Shown: piece by piece, positions 27,861 through 36,696 of the stretch
Layout: the number at the start of each line of letters is the position of its first letter
Numbering within the stretch: position 1 is the first letter of the stretch
Source of the DNA: an uncultured Chloroflexia bacterium
GTDB taxonomy: Bacteria > Chloroflexota > Dehalococcoidia > DSTF01 > JALHUB01
Assembly: GCA_963703345.1 (NCBI GenBank)
Contig: OY969814.1
Location: 2,080,001-2,144,000 of the forward strand
Length of the DNA: 64,000 nucleotides
Direction of reading: 5' to 3'
The notes under the pieces: model-generated
The model's database searches: none
What the model was told of the DNA's origin: nothing
Seen by the model: the letters and a program-made list of their open reading frames with translations, nothing else
Position numbers and translations under genes: made by a program

Positions 27861-28196
27861 TCAACTGGCCTGTTGGGCGCGCTCAGCGACGCCGCCGGCG
27901 CCCGTTCCCGGCAGCCGGTTTAGTAGCCTCGCTCGCTCGTAAGCCTGAGTGATATTGGCCCGCACGAAGGGCCTCTCAATTACGAGCATACGAGCGAGAC
28001 CAGCTAAGCAGTTGCTTCCCACGAAGTAGTCCCTCTGCGCCTCTATGTCTCGAAGTCCCCAAAGAAGGTTGGGTAGTGCCGAACCGCAGGCATCACAGGT
28101 GCTATCCCTCGGGTTCCGCACCACGCCCCGGAACCGCCTTAGCCTCTTGCCCGCCGCGAACGCAGCAAGTTTGGCCTCAAATCGGGAGCCGTACAT
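27861..28196 (-). CDS. Small Zn-binding hypothetical protein
   Basis: CDACG...VGSNC; AAAGGAGAG RBS. Confidence 0.65.
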   Translation of the reverse strand: MYGSRFEAKLAAFAAGKRLRRFRGVVRNPRDSTCDACGSALPNLLWGLRDIEAQRDYFVGSNCLAGLARMLVIERPFVRANITQAYERARLLNRLPGTGAGGVAERAQQAS

Positions 28197-28223
28197 CTAT
28201 CTCTCCTTTCTTGATCGCCGCTC

Positions 28224-29063
28224 TCAATAGCGGTTGCAAGCCCTGCAGATCTGCGGGGACACCGGCTCTCCCCGTTCCGTGCAGTACATCTGCAGCCACG
28301 AACACGGGCTCGGCTTTGCCAACACCTCGTCCTCAACGGCGCCGCCGGCGATGGCCAGCTCCGCCTTGAAGTCGGCGATGGAATACGAAGGCTTCTGAGC
28401 CTTCTGGTCCTCCGCGTAGCCCAGCCAGAAATGGGGATCGTTAGTCTGGGTTGCAACGATGTACCAAGTGACCTCCTGAAGGGAGCAGTTTTGCATTCGA
28501 TTGCAAACTCCACCCTCCCCCCCAAGGAAGAACACGTCCCACACCCTGGCCAGGTTATATGCCTGGCGCCAGCCGATCCCGAAGGTACTGCCCATTGCCT
28601 CCCAGGCTCGGTCCCCGTAGACGCTGCGTTGTTTGGCCTCCCACAGAATGGCGGCCTGGGCCTTCCAGGCGCGCTGATCGAAGCCACGAAGGTAGAGAAA
28701 GATGTTGACAAGCTGCTCGTCGCTGAGGTATGGTATCCCCCGGACGAGAGAATCGAGCCGCAATTCCAGGAGGTTGAGCTCGTGGAAGTACTCCGACGGC
28801 CTGAAGTCGGGGTTGAAGAGGCGCCGGGGGACAACCTTGCCTGTCCCGGGCTCGGTCACTGCCAGCTGACTCTTCGTGCGTTCCAGACGCCACCGCTGCT
28901 CAGTGACCTGTGTATGGCAGGAGCGGCAGAGGACCGCCTTATTGGACGCAGCTTCGATCTCGGGGCGACTCGAGCCTCCCATGCGACGCGGCTCGATGTG
29001 GTGGACCTCTAGATTGCGGGAGGTGCCACAGATTTCGCAGTGCCTGTCTTCCGCGATTAGCAT
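28224..29063 (-). CDS. HNH endonuclease with long uncharacterised C-terminal extension
   Basis: CEICG...EVHHI..R..GG....N...LC..CH. Confidence 0.8.
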   Translation of the reverse strand: MLIAEDRHCEICGTSRNLEVHHIEPRRMGGSSRPEIEAASNKAVLCRSCHTQVTEQRWRLERTKSQLAVTEPGTGKVVPRRLFNPDFRPSEYFHELNLLELRLDSLVRGIPYLSDEQLVNIFLYLRGFDQRAWKAQAAILWEAKQRSVYGDRAWEAMGSTFGIGWRQAYNLARVWDVFFLGGEGGVCNRMQNCSLQEVTWYIVATQTNDPHFWLGYAEDQKAQKPSYSIADFKAELAIAGGAVEDEVLAKPSPCSWLQMYCTERGEPVSPQICRACNRY

Positions 29064-29078
29064 CGAGCTCCGACCTAC

Positions 29079-29111
29079 TGATACTGTAATGATACTATAA
29101 TGATACCACAT
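29079..29111. promoter_or_regulatory. Triple 11-bp direct repeat (candidate operator) overlapping TATAAT
   Basis: TGATACTGTAA TGATACTATAA TGATACCACAT between the divergent HNH and XRE genes. Confidence 0.65.
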
Positions 29112-29335
29112 TGAGCGCATCTGTCAAGCCCAACCACCCAACTCTGAGACTGCGCGAGTGGAGAACTAGGCGCGCGCTATCTCAACAGGACCTAGGTGAA
29201 CTCGCGGGAATCGGTAGGGCGACGATCGCGAGAATCGAGGAAGGCAAGCAGTTTCCGAGACCGAGGACGCTGCGGAGGTTGGCGATCGCGCTCGGCATCA
29301 AGCCAGAGAAGCTGTTCCAGGATCCTTTCACGTAG
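29111..29335 (+). CDS. XRE/Cro-family HTH regulator
   Basis: LREWR..RALSQQDLGELAGIGRATIARIEEG...P..TL..LA.ALG. Confidence 0.88.
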   Translation: MSASVKPNHPTLRLREWRTRRALSQQDLGELAGIGRATIARIEEGKQFPRPRTLRRLAIALGIKPEKLFQDPFT

Positions 29336-29496
29336 AGAACAACAGCTACGCGGCAAGTGTTCGCCGGGCGACCGTCTGCACCTTCGGGTTGCACCCGTGT
29401 CGGTGCCGTCTCCTTCGTTTCGATCGCTTGCCAGATTAACCTTCCCCCACAAACGCTACCACTGCGTCGATAGCCCGCAACGCTGGGAAGTGACCA

Positions 29497-30933
29497 CTAC
29501 CTAGGGGAATCTCTCCCCACACACGGCACCTTCGGCAGCGTGAACAAGACGGCGTCGTCGTACTCCGTCCGCTGCCCGTAGCCCGCCGTGACATCGTCCT
29601 CCCAGTCGACGGGAAAGACGTTTCCCTTGGGAATGACGAGAAGGTCCGGCGGGCAGGCGATCAATTGCTGTCTCATCGCTTCGCCCCAGTCGCTTCTGGC
29701 TACGAGATGCGTGCTCACGAAGAAACGTCGTTCCGGCTGACGGTCGGCATAGGCATACAAGTACGTTCTGTCTCCCAGAACGTAGACCTCTCCCTTGGCC
29801 GTGTGGATCGCGTCGATCATCGCCTGTTGCGGCCTCGCGCCGGACCAGGCCACCACGAAGAGATCGAACGCGACGACGATGATGGCGACGAAGCCGAGAA
29901 CGGCGGTGATCACCCGGCGCTGGAATATGCGATCGAGCCCGATGGCGGCAAACAGCGCGGCCGGCGGAGCGAGCAGGGCGTAGTCATGCGCCCAGTCCAA
30001 GCCGGTGGCCTTCACCGAGACGACGCCGCAGACCGCCCAGAGCCAGATCAGCCGGTTCCGCTGGCGAAACGCGCCGGCCAGGGCAGAATACCAGAGAGGC
30101 AGCGCCCCGATGAGCACGCCCGGATTGGGAACGAGCAGTTGAAGGATCCCGTGCCCGTAGCCGAGGTTGCGGCCATAGCTAAGGTTGAAAGAGACGTTGG
30201 CCTCCAAATAGTCGCGCCAGATCGGCAGGAATGGCAGCGAGACGAGAAGGCACACCGCGGCGCCACCCAGCGCCGCCCGCCAGGCATCGCGTCGCCAGAG
30301 CAGCACGAGGACCGGCGCAAAGACAATGGCGACGGGCCTGGTCATGACGGCAATCCCCAGTAGCACCCCGGCAAGCACCGGCGATCCGACGGCAAACGAT
30401 GCCAGCAGCGGCAGCAGCAGGAACGCCTCGGTGTTGGCGCTGGCGAGCATGAACGGGTTGGCCATTAACAGCGTGTACGCTATGACCGCCAGCGAAGTCT
30501 GTCGACCGGAAAGCCAGCGCCTTGCGAGCACTGCCACCAGCGGGACGGTTGCGGCAACCAGGAGCGCCGCCAGAACGCGCTCGAACTCGATGCTCGCGCC
30601 CAGCCCGGCCGGCAGGTACCAGAGGTAGATTAGCGGAGGCTTGTGATCGAAGAGGTCGTGGTACGGCCATTTTCCATGTACGATGCCGGTGGCGATGATC
30701 TTGTAAATGGCCTCGTCGGGGTCGTAGGGAAGGATGAATGCAAGTACGGTCAGCCATGCGGCAAGCAGGGCCGCACAGACTTTCCACTGTACGCCTAGCT
30801 TCGAGTGCGGCGCGGGCAGCGCCTCCCGAACGGACGCGGCGATGTTTCCCTCCTCTTCCCCGGACACATGCACCAAGCTCGCACATCCTGGCCCGTTCAG
30901 ACAAGAGCTGCCTACATCGACTCGTTTGAGCAC
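29497..30933 (-). CDS. GT-C fold (ArnT/PMT-like) membrane glycosyltransferase
   Basis: DPDEAIY, PY.DLFDHKPP, ANTE, many TM helices; true start probably ~150 bp downstream of the ORF start. Confidence 0.8.
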   Translation of the reverse strand: MLKRVDVGSSCLNGPGCASLVHVSGEEEGNIAASVREALPAPHSKLGVQWKVCAALLAAWLTVLAFILPYDPDEAIYKIIATGIVHGKWPYHDLFDHKPPLIYLWYLPAGLGASIEFERVLAALLVAATVPLVAVLARRWLSGRQTSLAVIAYTLLMANPFMLASANTEAFLLLPLLASFAVGSPVLAGVLLGIAVMTRPVAIVFAPVLVLLWRRDAWRAALGGAAVCLLVSLPFLPIWRDYLEANVSFNLSYGRNLGYGHGILQLLVPNPGVLIGALPLWYSALAGAFRQRNRLIWLWAVCGVVSVKATGLDWAHDYALLAPPAALFAAIGLDRIFQRRVITAVLGFVAIIVVAFDLFVVAWSGARPQQAMIDAIHTAKGEVYVLGDRTYLYAYADRQPERRFFVSTHLVARSDWGEAMRQQLIACPPDLLVIPKGNVFPVDWEDDVTAGYGQRTEYDDAVLFTLPKVPCVGRDSPR

Positions 30934-30953
30934 TCGCGCCGTCCGTCCGCCTC

Positions 30954-31253
30954 GTGGTCGTGGAGGGGTCGGACAGCAGCCGCAGCGTCAACCTGGGCGA
31001 GCAGGCCGTCACCCTCGACTCCGACGCCGACTGCACGCTGCGGCTCGCCGACTCTGGCGGCCGTGTCGGCGGGCAGAACGCGCGCATCTGGCTGCGTGAG
31101 GACCACTTCGTGCTCCACCACCTGCTGGGCGGCCGCTACGCGACGGTGGTTGGGAAGAACTCGCTGAAGTGGGCGATGGCGGAGGACGGCGAAGAGATCG
31201 TCATCGGACCGCACAAGCTGTGCTTCGAGTCAATGGGAAAGAGTGAAGGATAG
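30954..31253 (+). pseudogene. Orphan FHA-like domain, duplicate of the C-terminus of 25474-26946
   Basis: Gapless similarity (LGEQAVTLDSDADC..GRVGGQNARIWLRE..EDGEEIVIGPH vs LGEEAVTLGADADC..GRVGGHHARVWLRE..EDGDEIVIGPH); no clear RBS. Confidence 0.65.
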
Positions 31254-31342
31254 CATCACCTAGGCGGGCGAGCGGGCGCTGGCGGCGTGCTGTGACCGGC
31301 GGACTACCGGTCGCAGGCAGAGTTGCCGATAGTCAAGATGGA

Positions 31343-31531
31343 ATGAACGGCTTTGGCGTAGGTCTGAGCGTAGCCTTAGGTTGGGGCATCGGAGGCCGGC
31401 TTGCCGTACCTGACGCGTACCCCGTAGCTCTCCTGATGGGCATGCTCTGGTGGGGCACGATCTCCGGGCTCATCTTCCATCTCTACCAGTGGGCGCTGCG
31501 CGGCGTCCACCCGCCGTTCGGCCGCCGCTAG
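31343..31531 (+). CDS. Small 2-TM membrane protein (62 aa)
   Basis: Supported by the gapless paralog at 25174-25362. Confidence 0.65.
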   Translation: MNGFGVGLSVALGWGIGGRLAVPDAYPVALLMGMLWWGTISGLIFHLYQWALRGVHPPFGRR

Positions 31532-31638
31532 TATATAGATTGGACTAAGGGGGACTCCGAACCCCGCACGATCTTCCTCGCCCAGCGGCCCGCACCGGCT
31601 GCGCTTCGAGCATGCGTCCAAGGCGTCGCCCCAGCCCC

Positions 31639-33129
31639 CTAGCGACGGACGAAGACCGATTCTACAGGCCCAGTGAACTCCTCCTGCCAGCCACTGCCGG
31701 AGCGCATCGCCTTCGCGAGCTTCGAGTCGCGCTGCACCAGCGCCACTTCGACGCCGTACTGCGAGAGCAGGTCGTCCCAGCCGTCGTCCACCCGCAGAAC
31801 GTGAATGTAGTCGCCAAAGATCTTGTCGCCGTAGAACTCCTCCCGACCGTCGATAAAGACGGGCGTGTTCGGATACAGGCGGTCGATCAGGTAGCCGCCC
31901 CAGCCGTAATCGTTGAAGAGGCGCTCGCCCGAGTAGTTGCTCTCCACGAAGGCCGCGCCCGCCGCCGGATAGCCGTCGCTGCTGGGCTGGAACCCGGAGA
32001 GCGACGCCCCGAACCGCGGGCCGACGATCAGCATGCAGACCGCCAGACCCCCAACCAGCGCCACGCCCGGCAGCGTCCGAAACGTCGTCCGGGAGTCCCC
32101 TCTCCGACTCGCCGCCGGCCAGTAATCCGCCGTCGCGGACGCGGTCACCGGGAGCAGGAGGAGGACAGCGAACGGCACGTTTCGCACCGCCTGCAGGCTG
32201 AAAGCGATGGCGACCAGCGACAGGAGCGCGAGGAACGGCCTGCGCCTCTGCCAGGGCAGCGAAAAGGCGAGCAGAACGAGCGTCAGGGCGATGGGGATGT
32301 TGATGAGCTGGGAGAAGTCCGGCCGCTGCCACTCCATTATCAGCGAGCGGTCTGCGCGGCCTTCAAAAAGGTACCTGACGGGATACCAGAGGATGGCGGG
32401 CCCGTTCGGATTGGCGAAGGTCGCGACGAGGCAGGCACCGGCCACCAGCAGCGGCGTCCGCAGGTTCACCGCGCGCGTGCGCAGCCAGCGGACGGCCTGG
32501 ACGAGCGTCCAGACAGCCACGGCCATGAGCCCGTAGACGAACCCGAGATGCAGGTTGACCCAGAGCGCCATGAGTGGCGGGAGGACCCACAGGGGCACTG
32601 CGTCGCCTTCCTCATTTCTCTGGAGCACGTACACGAAGACGGCGAACAAGAGCCAGGTGAACTCCTGCGGGCGGACGGCGACGAATCGGGCCATCACGAA
32701 AATGGTCGGGAACATCAGGAGGACCAGCGGCTTCGTGCCGGCGCCGAGCCGACGCCCCAGCGAGTAGGCGACGAGCAGCGCTCCGCCTGCGACGGCCCCG
32801 AAGAGCACGACGTTGCCGGCGTAGCCAAGCGTCGACTCCACGCCGTAGATAACGACTTCCGACAGCCACTCGTGCGTCACCCACGCCTTGCCCGCCGCCG
32901 TCCACGAGAACGGGTCGTGCCGCGGAATGCCCGACTCCAGGATCAGCTTTCCGGTGCGCAGGTGCCACCAGAAGTCCGGGTCGACGGTCTTCGCCAGGGG
33001 CAACACCCCCACCACCATGAGGACGATCGCGAGCTGCACCCAGGCGATCGGGACGCGACGCCACAGCGAGGGCGACGCGAGGGCGGGGACGGACGGCGGG
33101 GCCGGTTGGTTCACGAGCGCATCATACAA
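31639..33129 (-). CDS. GT-C-like polytopic membrane protein (putative glycosyltransferase)
   Basis: DPDFWWHLRTG, HEWL, RPQ, LWVNLH.GF, IMEW, FNDYGWGGYL, FIDGR. Confidence 0.75.
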   Translation of the reverse strand: MYDALVNQPAPPSVPALASPSLWRRVPIAWVQLAIVLMVVGVLPLAKTVDPDFWWHLRTGKLILESGIPRHDPFSWTAAGKAWVTHEWLSEVVIYGVESTLGYAGNVVLFGAVAGGALLVAYSLGRRLGAGTKPLVLLMFPTIFVMARFVAVRPQEFTWLLFAVFVYVLQRNEEGDAVPLWVLPPLMALWVNLHLGFVYGLMAVAVWTLVQAVRWLRTRAVNLRTPLLVAGACLVATFANPNGPAILWYPVRYLFEGRADRSLIMEWQRPDFSQLINIPIALTLVLLAFSLPWQRRRPFLALLSLVAIAFSLQAVRNVPFAVLLLLPVTASATADYWPAASRRGDSRTTFRTLPGVALVGGLAVCMLIVGPRFGASLSGFQPSSDGYPAAGAAFVESNYSGERLFNDYGWGGYLIDRLYPNTPVFIDGREEFYGDKIFGDYIHVLRVDDGWDDLLSQYGVEVALVQRDSKLAKAMRSGSGWQEEFTGPVESVFVRR

Positions 33130-33226
33130 TCTGGAACGGCGGATCGCAAAGGGCGGCTAGTCGAGGCGGGGCGCAGCAGGACGGAATCTTGCGCTAATCT
33201 GCATAAATTGTTTCCGACCTAGGCAC

Positions 33227-33256
33227 TTGACAAGGCGGTCGTAACATCGGTAAAGT
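33227..33256 (+). promoter_or_regulatory. Sigma70-type promoter ~480 nt upstream of flp
   Basis: TTGACA-18 bp-TAAAGT. Confidence 0.55.
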
Positions 33257-33732
33257 TATGTCGTTAACCCTTATTGGTGGCAGTTCTGCAAGAAGGGGGA
33301 AGGAACCCCCGCCAATCCCCTTTTCGCAGCGCCCTCAAAGCAGTGTTGTCATTTGCATAATCGGTAAGCGCTGGCGTCGGCCACATTGTCATCGTCATGA
33401 CTATCGTCGAACGCCAGTGTGTGTATCTTACGAGGCGCAATCAATAACACGAGGTCCCGCCGGGGACAAGCCGACGGGACCGGAGCAACAGGAGCGCGGA
33501 GGCCCCCAGGTTGCGAGCCCAGTATAGCTTTCAGAGTTGAGCTCTCGCAATAGGGCGAAACACTGAATCTGGGCGAATGGGTTCATAAGCCTTTGTCTCT
33601 CCTGTCGCCTGCTGCCTTCAAGAACGGGCAAGCAGACCAGAGGGGGTGATGCCTGCGACACTGAACCGCGAAGCCAATCCTTCGAAAGGAAGGATGAAGT
33701 TCCACGATTCACCGAAAGGAGAGACAAGAGGA

Positions 33733-33951
33733 ATGCTAGACAAATTGGTAGTGAAGTTGATGGTCCTGAAGATGTGGCTCAGCGACGACCACGGCCAGGA
33801 CATCATGGAGTACGCTCTGCTGGGCGGCTTCATCGCCCTCGCGGCAGCGGCGGCGTTCGTGCTTCTCCCCATTGGGAGCTACATGAACGCGTTCGCGGGG
33901 ACGATCGGCAACTGCGTCAATCTGGGGGCCGCCAACTACGCTTGCCCCTAG
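33733..33951 (+). CDS. flp: Flp (type IVc) major pilin
   Basis: Prepilin site G|QDIMEYALL with E+5 and Y+6, hydrophobic helix, two C-terminal Cys. Confidence 0.9.
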   Translation: MLDKLVVKLMVLKMWLSDDHGQDIMEYALLGGFIALAAAAAFVLLPIGSYMNAFAGTIGNCVNLGAANYACP

Positions 33952-33968
33952 GATTTCGTCGGAACATG

Positions 33969-34000
33969 GGGGTGCCCGCCCATACGGGCACCCCTCCTTT
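33969..34000 (+). terminator. Hairpin after flp (partial terminator or mRNA stabiliser)
   Basis: GGGGTGCCCG-CCCATA-CGGGCACCCC followed by TCCTTT. Confidence 0.6.
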
Positions 34001-34013
34001 CTTGGAGAGGGCG

Positions 34014-34517
34014 ATGAGCAAGAAGGATCGGCAACGTGGCCAAGCAATAGTTGAGTTTGCCATCCTGACGCCGGCCATATTTCTTTTCATTTTCATCATC
34101 GTGGACATGGGCATCGGGTTATCGCATTACGTGGTACTTACGAACGCCGCCCGCGAAGGTGCCCGCTATGCCGCCGCCGGAGCGCCGTCGGATAGCGGCT
34201 GCTCGCAGGCGTCGGTGGTCGACCGGGTGAGATGCAAGACCCTGGCACATGCGCAAAACCTCATATCCGACCCCCAGAAGATTGACGTGGCCTTCATTGA
34301 CAGAAATAGTAACGGCCAGGTTGACCCAGGCGACTCCGTGGTGATAAGGATCCACTACAGCTACAAGCTCATAACGGCCCTTGGTCTTTCCAATCGCATC
34401 GGTTGGCTTAGGTGGCCGGGCATTCAACCTCTAACAATGAACTCATGTGAAGATATGCGACTGGAACAGGTGACGAGCGATGCTAAGATTACACCATTGG
34501 CCACTCCCTGCTCCTAG
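34014..34517 (+). CDS. tadE: TadE-like minor pilin
   Basis: RG|QAIVEFAIL, NAAREGARYA. Confidence 0.9.
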   Translation: MSKKDRQRGQAIVEFAILTPAIFLFIFIIVDMGIGLSHYVVLTNAAREGARYAAAGAPSDSGCSQASVVDRVRCKTLAHAQNLISDPQKIDVAFIDRNSNGQVDPGDSVVIRIHYSYKLITALGLSNRIGWLRWPGIQPLTMNSCEDMRLEQVTSDAKITPLATPCS

Positions 34518-35841
34518 CTTTCGGAGGGCCGCGCCAAGCGCCCTCGTCAGGGGAGAACGGGGGCAAACGATCTTCTTCATGTTGCTGATCATACCCCTCT
34601 TCGCGATCGGCGCGGCAATCGCGATCGATTCCGGCGTCTGGTACTTGCACCGTCGAGCTCACCAGAACACGGCCGACGCTTCGGCGCTGGCGGGAGCCCA
34701 GGAATTGCTGTCCCGCACAAACTTGAACGACATGGTCAACCGGGCCACGCTGGCCGCGGACAATTGGAAGGGGTTCAACAATGACCCTCCCGCGGACTTT
34801 GCCAACGGTACGCCAACCGTACTGCCGAATTGTTGGGGGGTGCCCTCTTACGATGGCCTGCCTGACGGAGTCACTGTGGACGTGTCAAAGGATGCGCCGT
34901 TGCTCTTTATGAGGGCATTCAAGGTGGCGGGCTTCAATATCGGCGCCCATGCCAAGGTGTGTGTGGGCTCGCCTCAGACGGCTGATATGTTTCTGCCGTT
35001 GGGTATACCCATCCTGGACTCTTCGTGTTTCAGAACTGACCCTCTTACCGGCCAGCGCGTACCGCTATTCGGGCAGGAGTGCAGTGTTGCTCTTAAGGTC
35101 TCTGCCAGCAATTCCGGCGAGGGACAGTACCTCAAACTCTATGACGATTGGAGCCAACCAGGGTGCAGCGAAGGTGCCAACGGCATAAACAACAACGTAA
35201 TCACGGCCCAGTTCGATCGCGGTGCGCACACTTGGTGTGCTGTGGCCCTTCCGGGCTCCTCCTGTCCTGCCTCCGGTAACCCTGCCGTGGGGTACTGCAT
35301 CGAGTCGGATACAGGAAACAGGTCAAAGGCCGCTATGCAAGGACTTAATGCACGACTGGGGCGGGAAGGAGCGTGCAACAGTCTCTACGGACCGGATTTC
35401 GGAACCAGCGGCAACGGTATCGACGATTGGTGGGAGGCTTTGTGCGCGGAGGGGGTGGGTTGCGGGCCGGCGTTGCGCTCCGTAACGCCGGGACCGAATG
35501 TTACGTTTGTAAAGCGCGACTGCTCATCGGACGGATCGGGGCTTACTTCCCCCCGGCTCGTGAATCTCCTCCTTGTGGATCGATTCCCGTCCGGTGGTAA
35601 CTGCACGGGCCAACACACCTGCCCAATTCGCGGGTTCGCGGGCTTCTTTATTCAAGGCTGCTATGATGACGCGAACCAGAACGGGCAACGTGATGCGAAC
35701 GAACCTCTTGATCCAAAGTGCGGTAACGTCAACAGCGGCCACGCTGCCATCCAGGGTATGTTCATCAACTATGTTGATATCGGCGGGCCGGGAGCGCCGG
35801 CAACTCCCTACGGAAGAATGCAGCTTTACTTAGTTCAATAG
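34480..35841 (+). CDS. tadG: TadG-like pilin/adhesin with Cys-rich C-terminal domain
   Basis: RG|QTIFF TM, AID.G, QNTADASALAGA Tad motif; start uncertain. Confidence 0.82.
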   Translation: MLRLHHWPLPAPSFRRAAPSALVRGERGQTIFFMLLIIPLFAIGAAIAIDSGVWYLHRRAHQNTADASALAGAQELLSRTNLNDMVNRATLAADNWKGFNNDPPADFANGTPTVLPNCWGVPSYDGLPDGVTVDVSKDAPLLFMRAFKVAGFNIGAHAKVCVGSPQTADMFLPLGIPILDSSCFRTDPLTGQRVPLFGQECSVALKVSASNSGEGQYLKLYDDWSQPGCSEGANGINNNVITAQFDRGAHTWCAVALPGSSCPASGNPAVGYCIESDTGNRSKAAMQGLNARLGREGACNSLYGPDFGTSGNGIDDWWEALCAEGVGCGPALRSVTPGPNVTFVKRDCSSDGSGLTSPRLVNLLLVDRFPSGGNCTGQHTCPIRGFAGFFIQGCYDDANQNGQRDANEPLDPKCGNVNSGHAAIQGMFINYVDIGGPGAPATPYGRMQLYLVQ

Positions 35842-35853
35842 CGGAGGAAGAGC

Positions 35854-36687
35854 ATGGCAAGTCAAATGTCCAAGGTATCAAGAGGGTCCGGGCGCGGACT
35901 GCTGCTGCTGGCCCTGCTCTTCGCAATCGTGGCGGCCATCCTTGCCTTCGTCGCCCTCGGCCGCGGCAGCAATAACAACAAGAACGAAGCCGCCGCCTCC
36001 GACACGAAGACGGTCGTCGTCGCCGCACAGGACATAGCGGCGCGCACGACCCTCGACAGCAGCATGCTCAAGCTCGCCGACGTGCCGAAGGACAGCGTCC
36101 TTGCCAACGGCTACTCGTCCACCGATGCCGTCGTCGGCCAGACGACCCGCTACCCGCTCGTAGAGAACGAGCAGGTCACAGCGTTGAAGATAGGCGTCAC
36201 CAGCGACACGAAGGACCAGGGGCTTTCGGCCGTCGTGCCGTCGGGCACGCGTGCCTTCTCCATCACAATATCCGAGGAAAGCAGTGTCGGCGGCCTCGTC
36301 CTGCCCGGCGACCTGGTGGATATCATCGCCATCTTCGACTCCGGCCTCGTCGGCGTCGACAAGAGCGTAACGCTTCTCCAGAACATCGAGGTACTGGCCG
36401 TGGCGCAGGAAGCGCAGGAGGCCGTCCCGCCGGTCCAGGCGACTCAAACGGCGACGCCCGTGCCGTCTGGGACTCTGGGGGAGCGCCCGTCGGACGTCAA
36501 GCCGAACCCCAGTGCGCGCACGGTGACGCTGGCGGTGACAGAGGACCAGGCGCAGCTCCTGGCGCTGGTGCAGGCGCAGGGCAAGCTGGCGCTGTCGCTC
36601 CGCTCCTACGGCGACCACGCCACAGGCACGCCTGCGGAGACCGACCTTACCCAATACGGCGCCGTACGGAAGGCCCCATCCCCCTAG
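35854..36687 (+). CDS. cpaB: Flp pilus assembly protein CpaB/RcpC
   Basis: TM, SAF domain VVVAAQDI, GG.V.PGD.VDI, LQNIEVLAV, VTLAV..L.LSLR. Confidence 0.92.
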   Translation: MASQMSKVSRGSGRGLLLLALLFAIVAAILAFVALGRGSNNNKNEAAASDTKTVVVAAQDIAARTTLDSSMLKLADVPKDSVLANGYSSTDAVVGQTTRYPLVENEQVTALKIGVTSDTKDQGLSAVVPSGTRAFSITISEESSVGGLVLPGDLVDIIAIFDSGLVGVDKSVTLLQNIEVLAVAQEAQEAVPPVQATQTATPVPSGTLGERPSDVKPNPSARTVTLAVTEDQAQLLALVQAQGKLALSLRSYGDHATGTPAETDLTQYGAVRKAPSP

Positions 36688-36696
36688 GAGTGAATA

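Noticed and set aside
27101-29335. Intact prophage
   Set aside because: No capsid, terminase, portal, tail or replication genes in the window
33258-33727. Short ORFs in the flp upstream region
   Set aside because: No RBS or recognisable motifs and atypical codon use; region better explained as a structured leader
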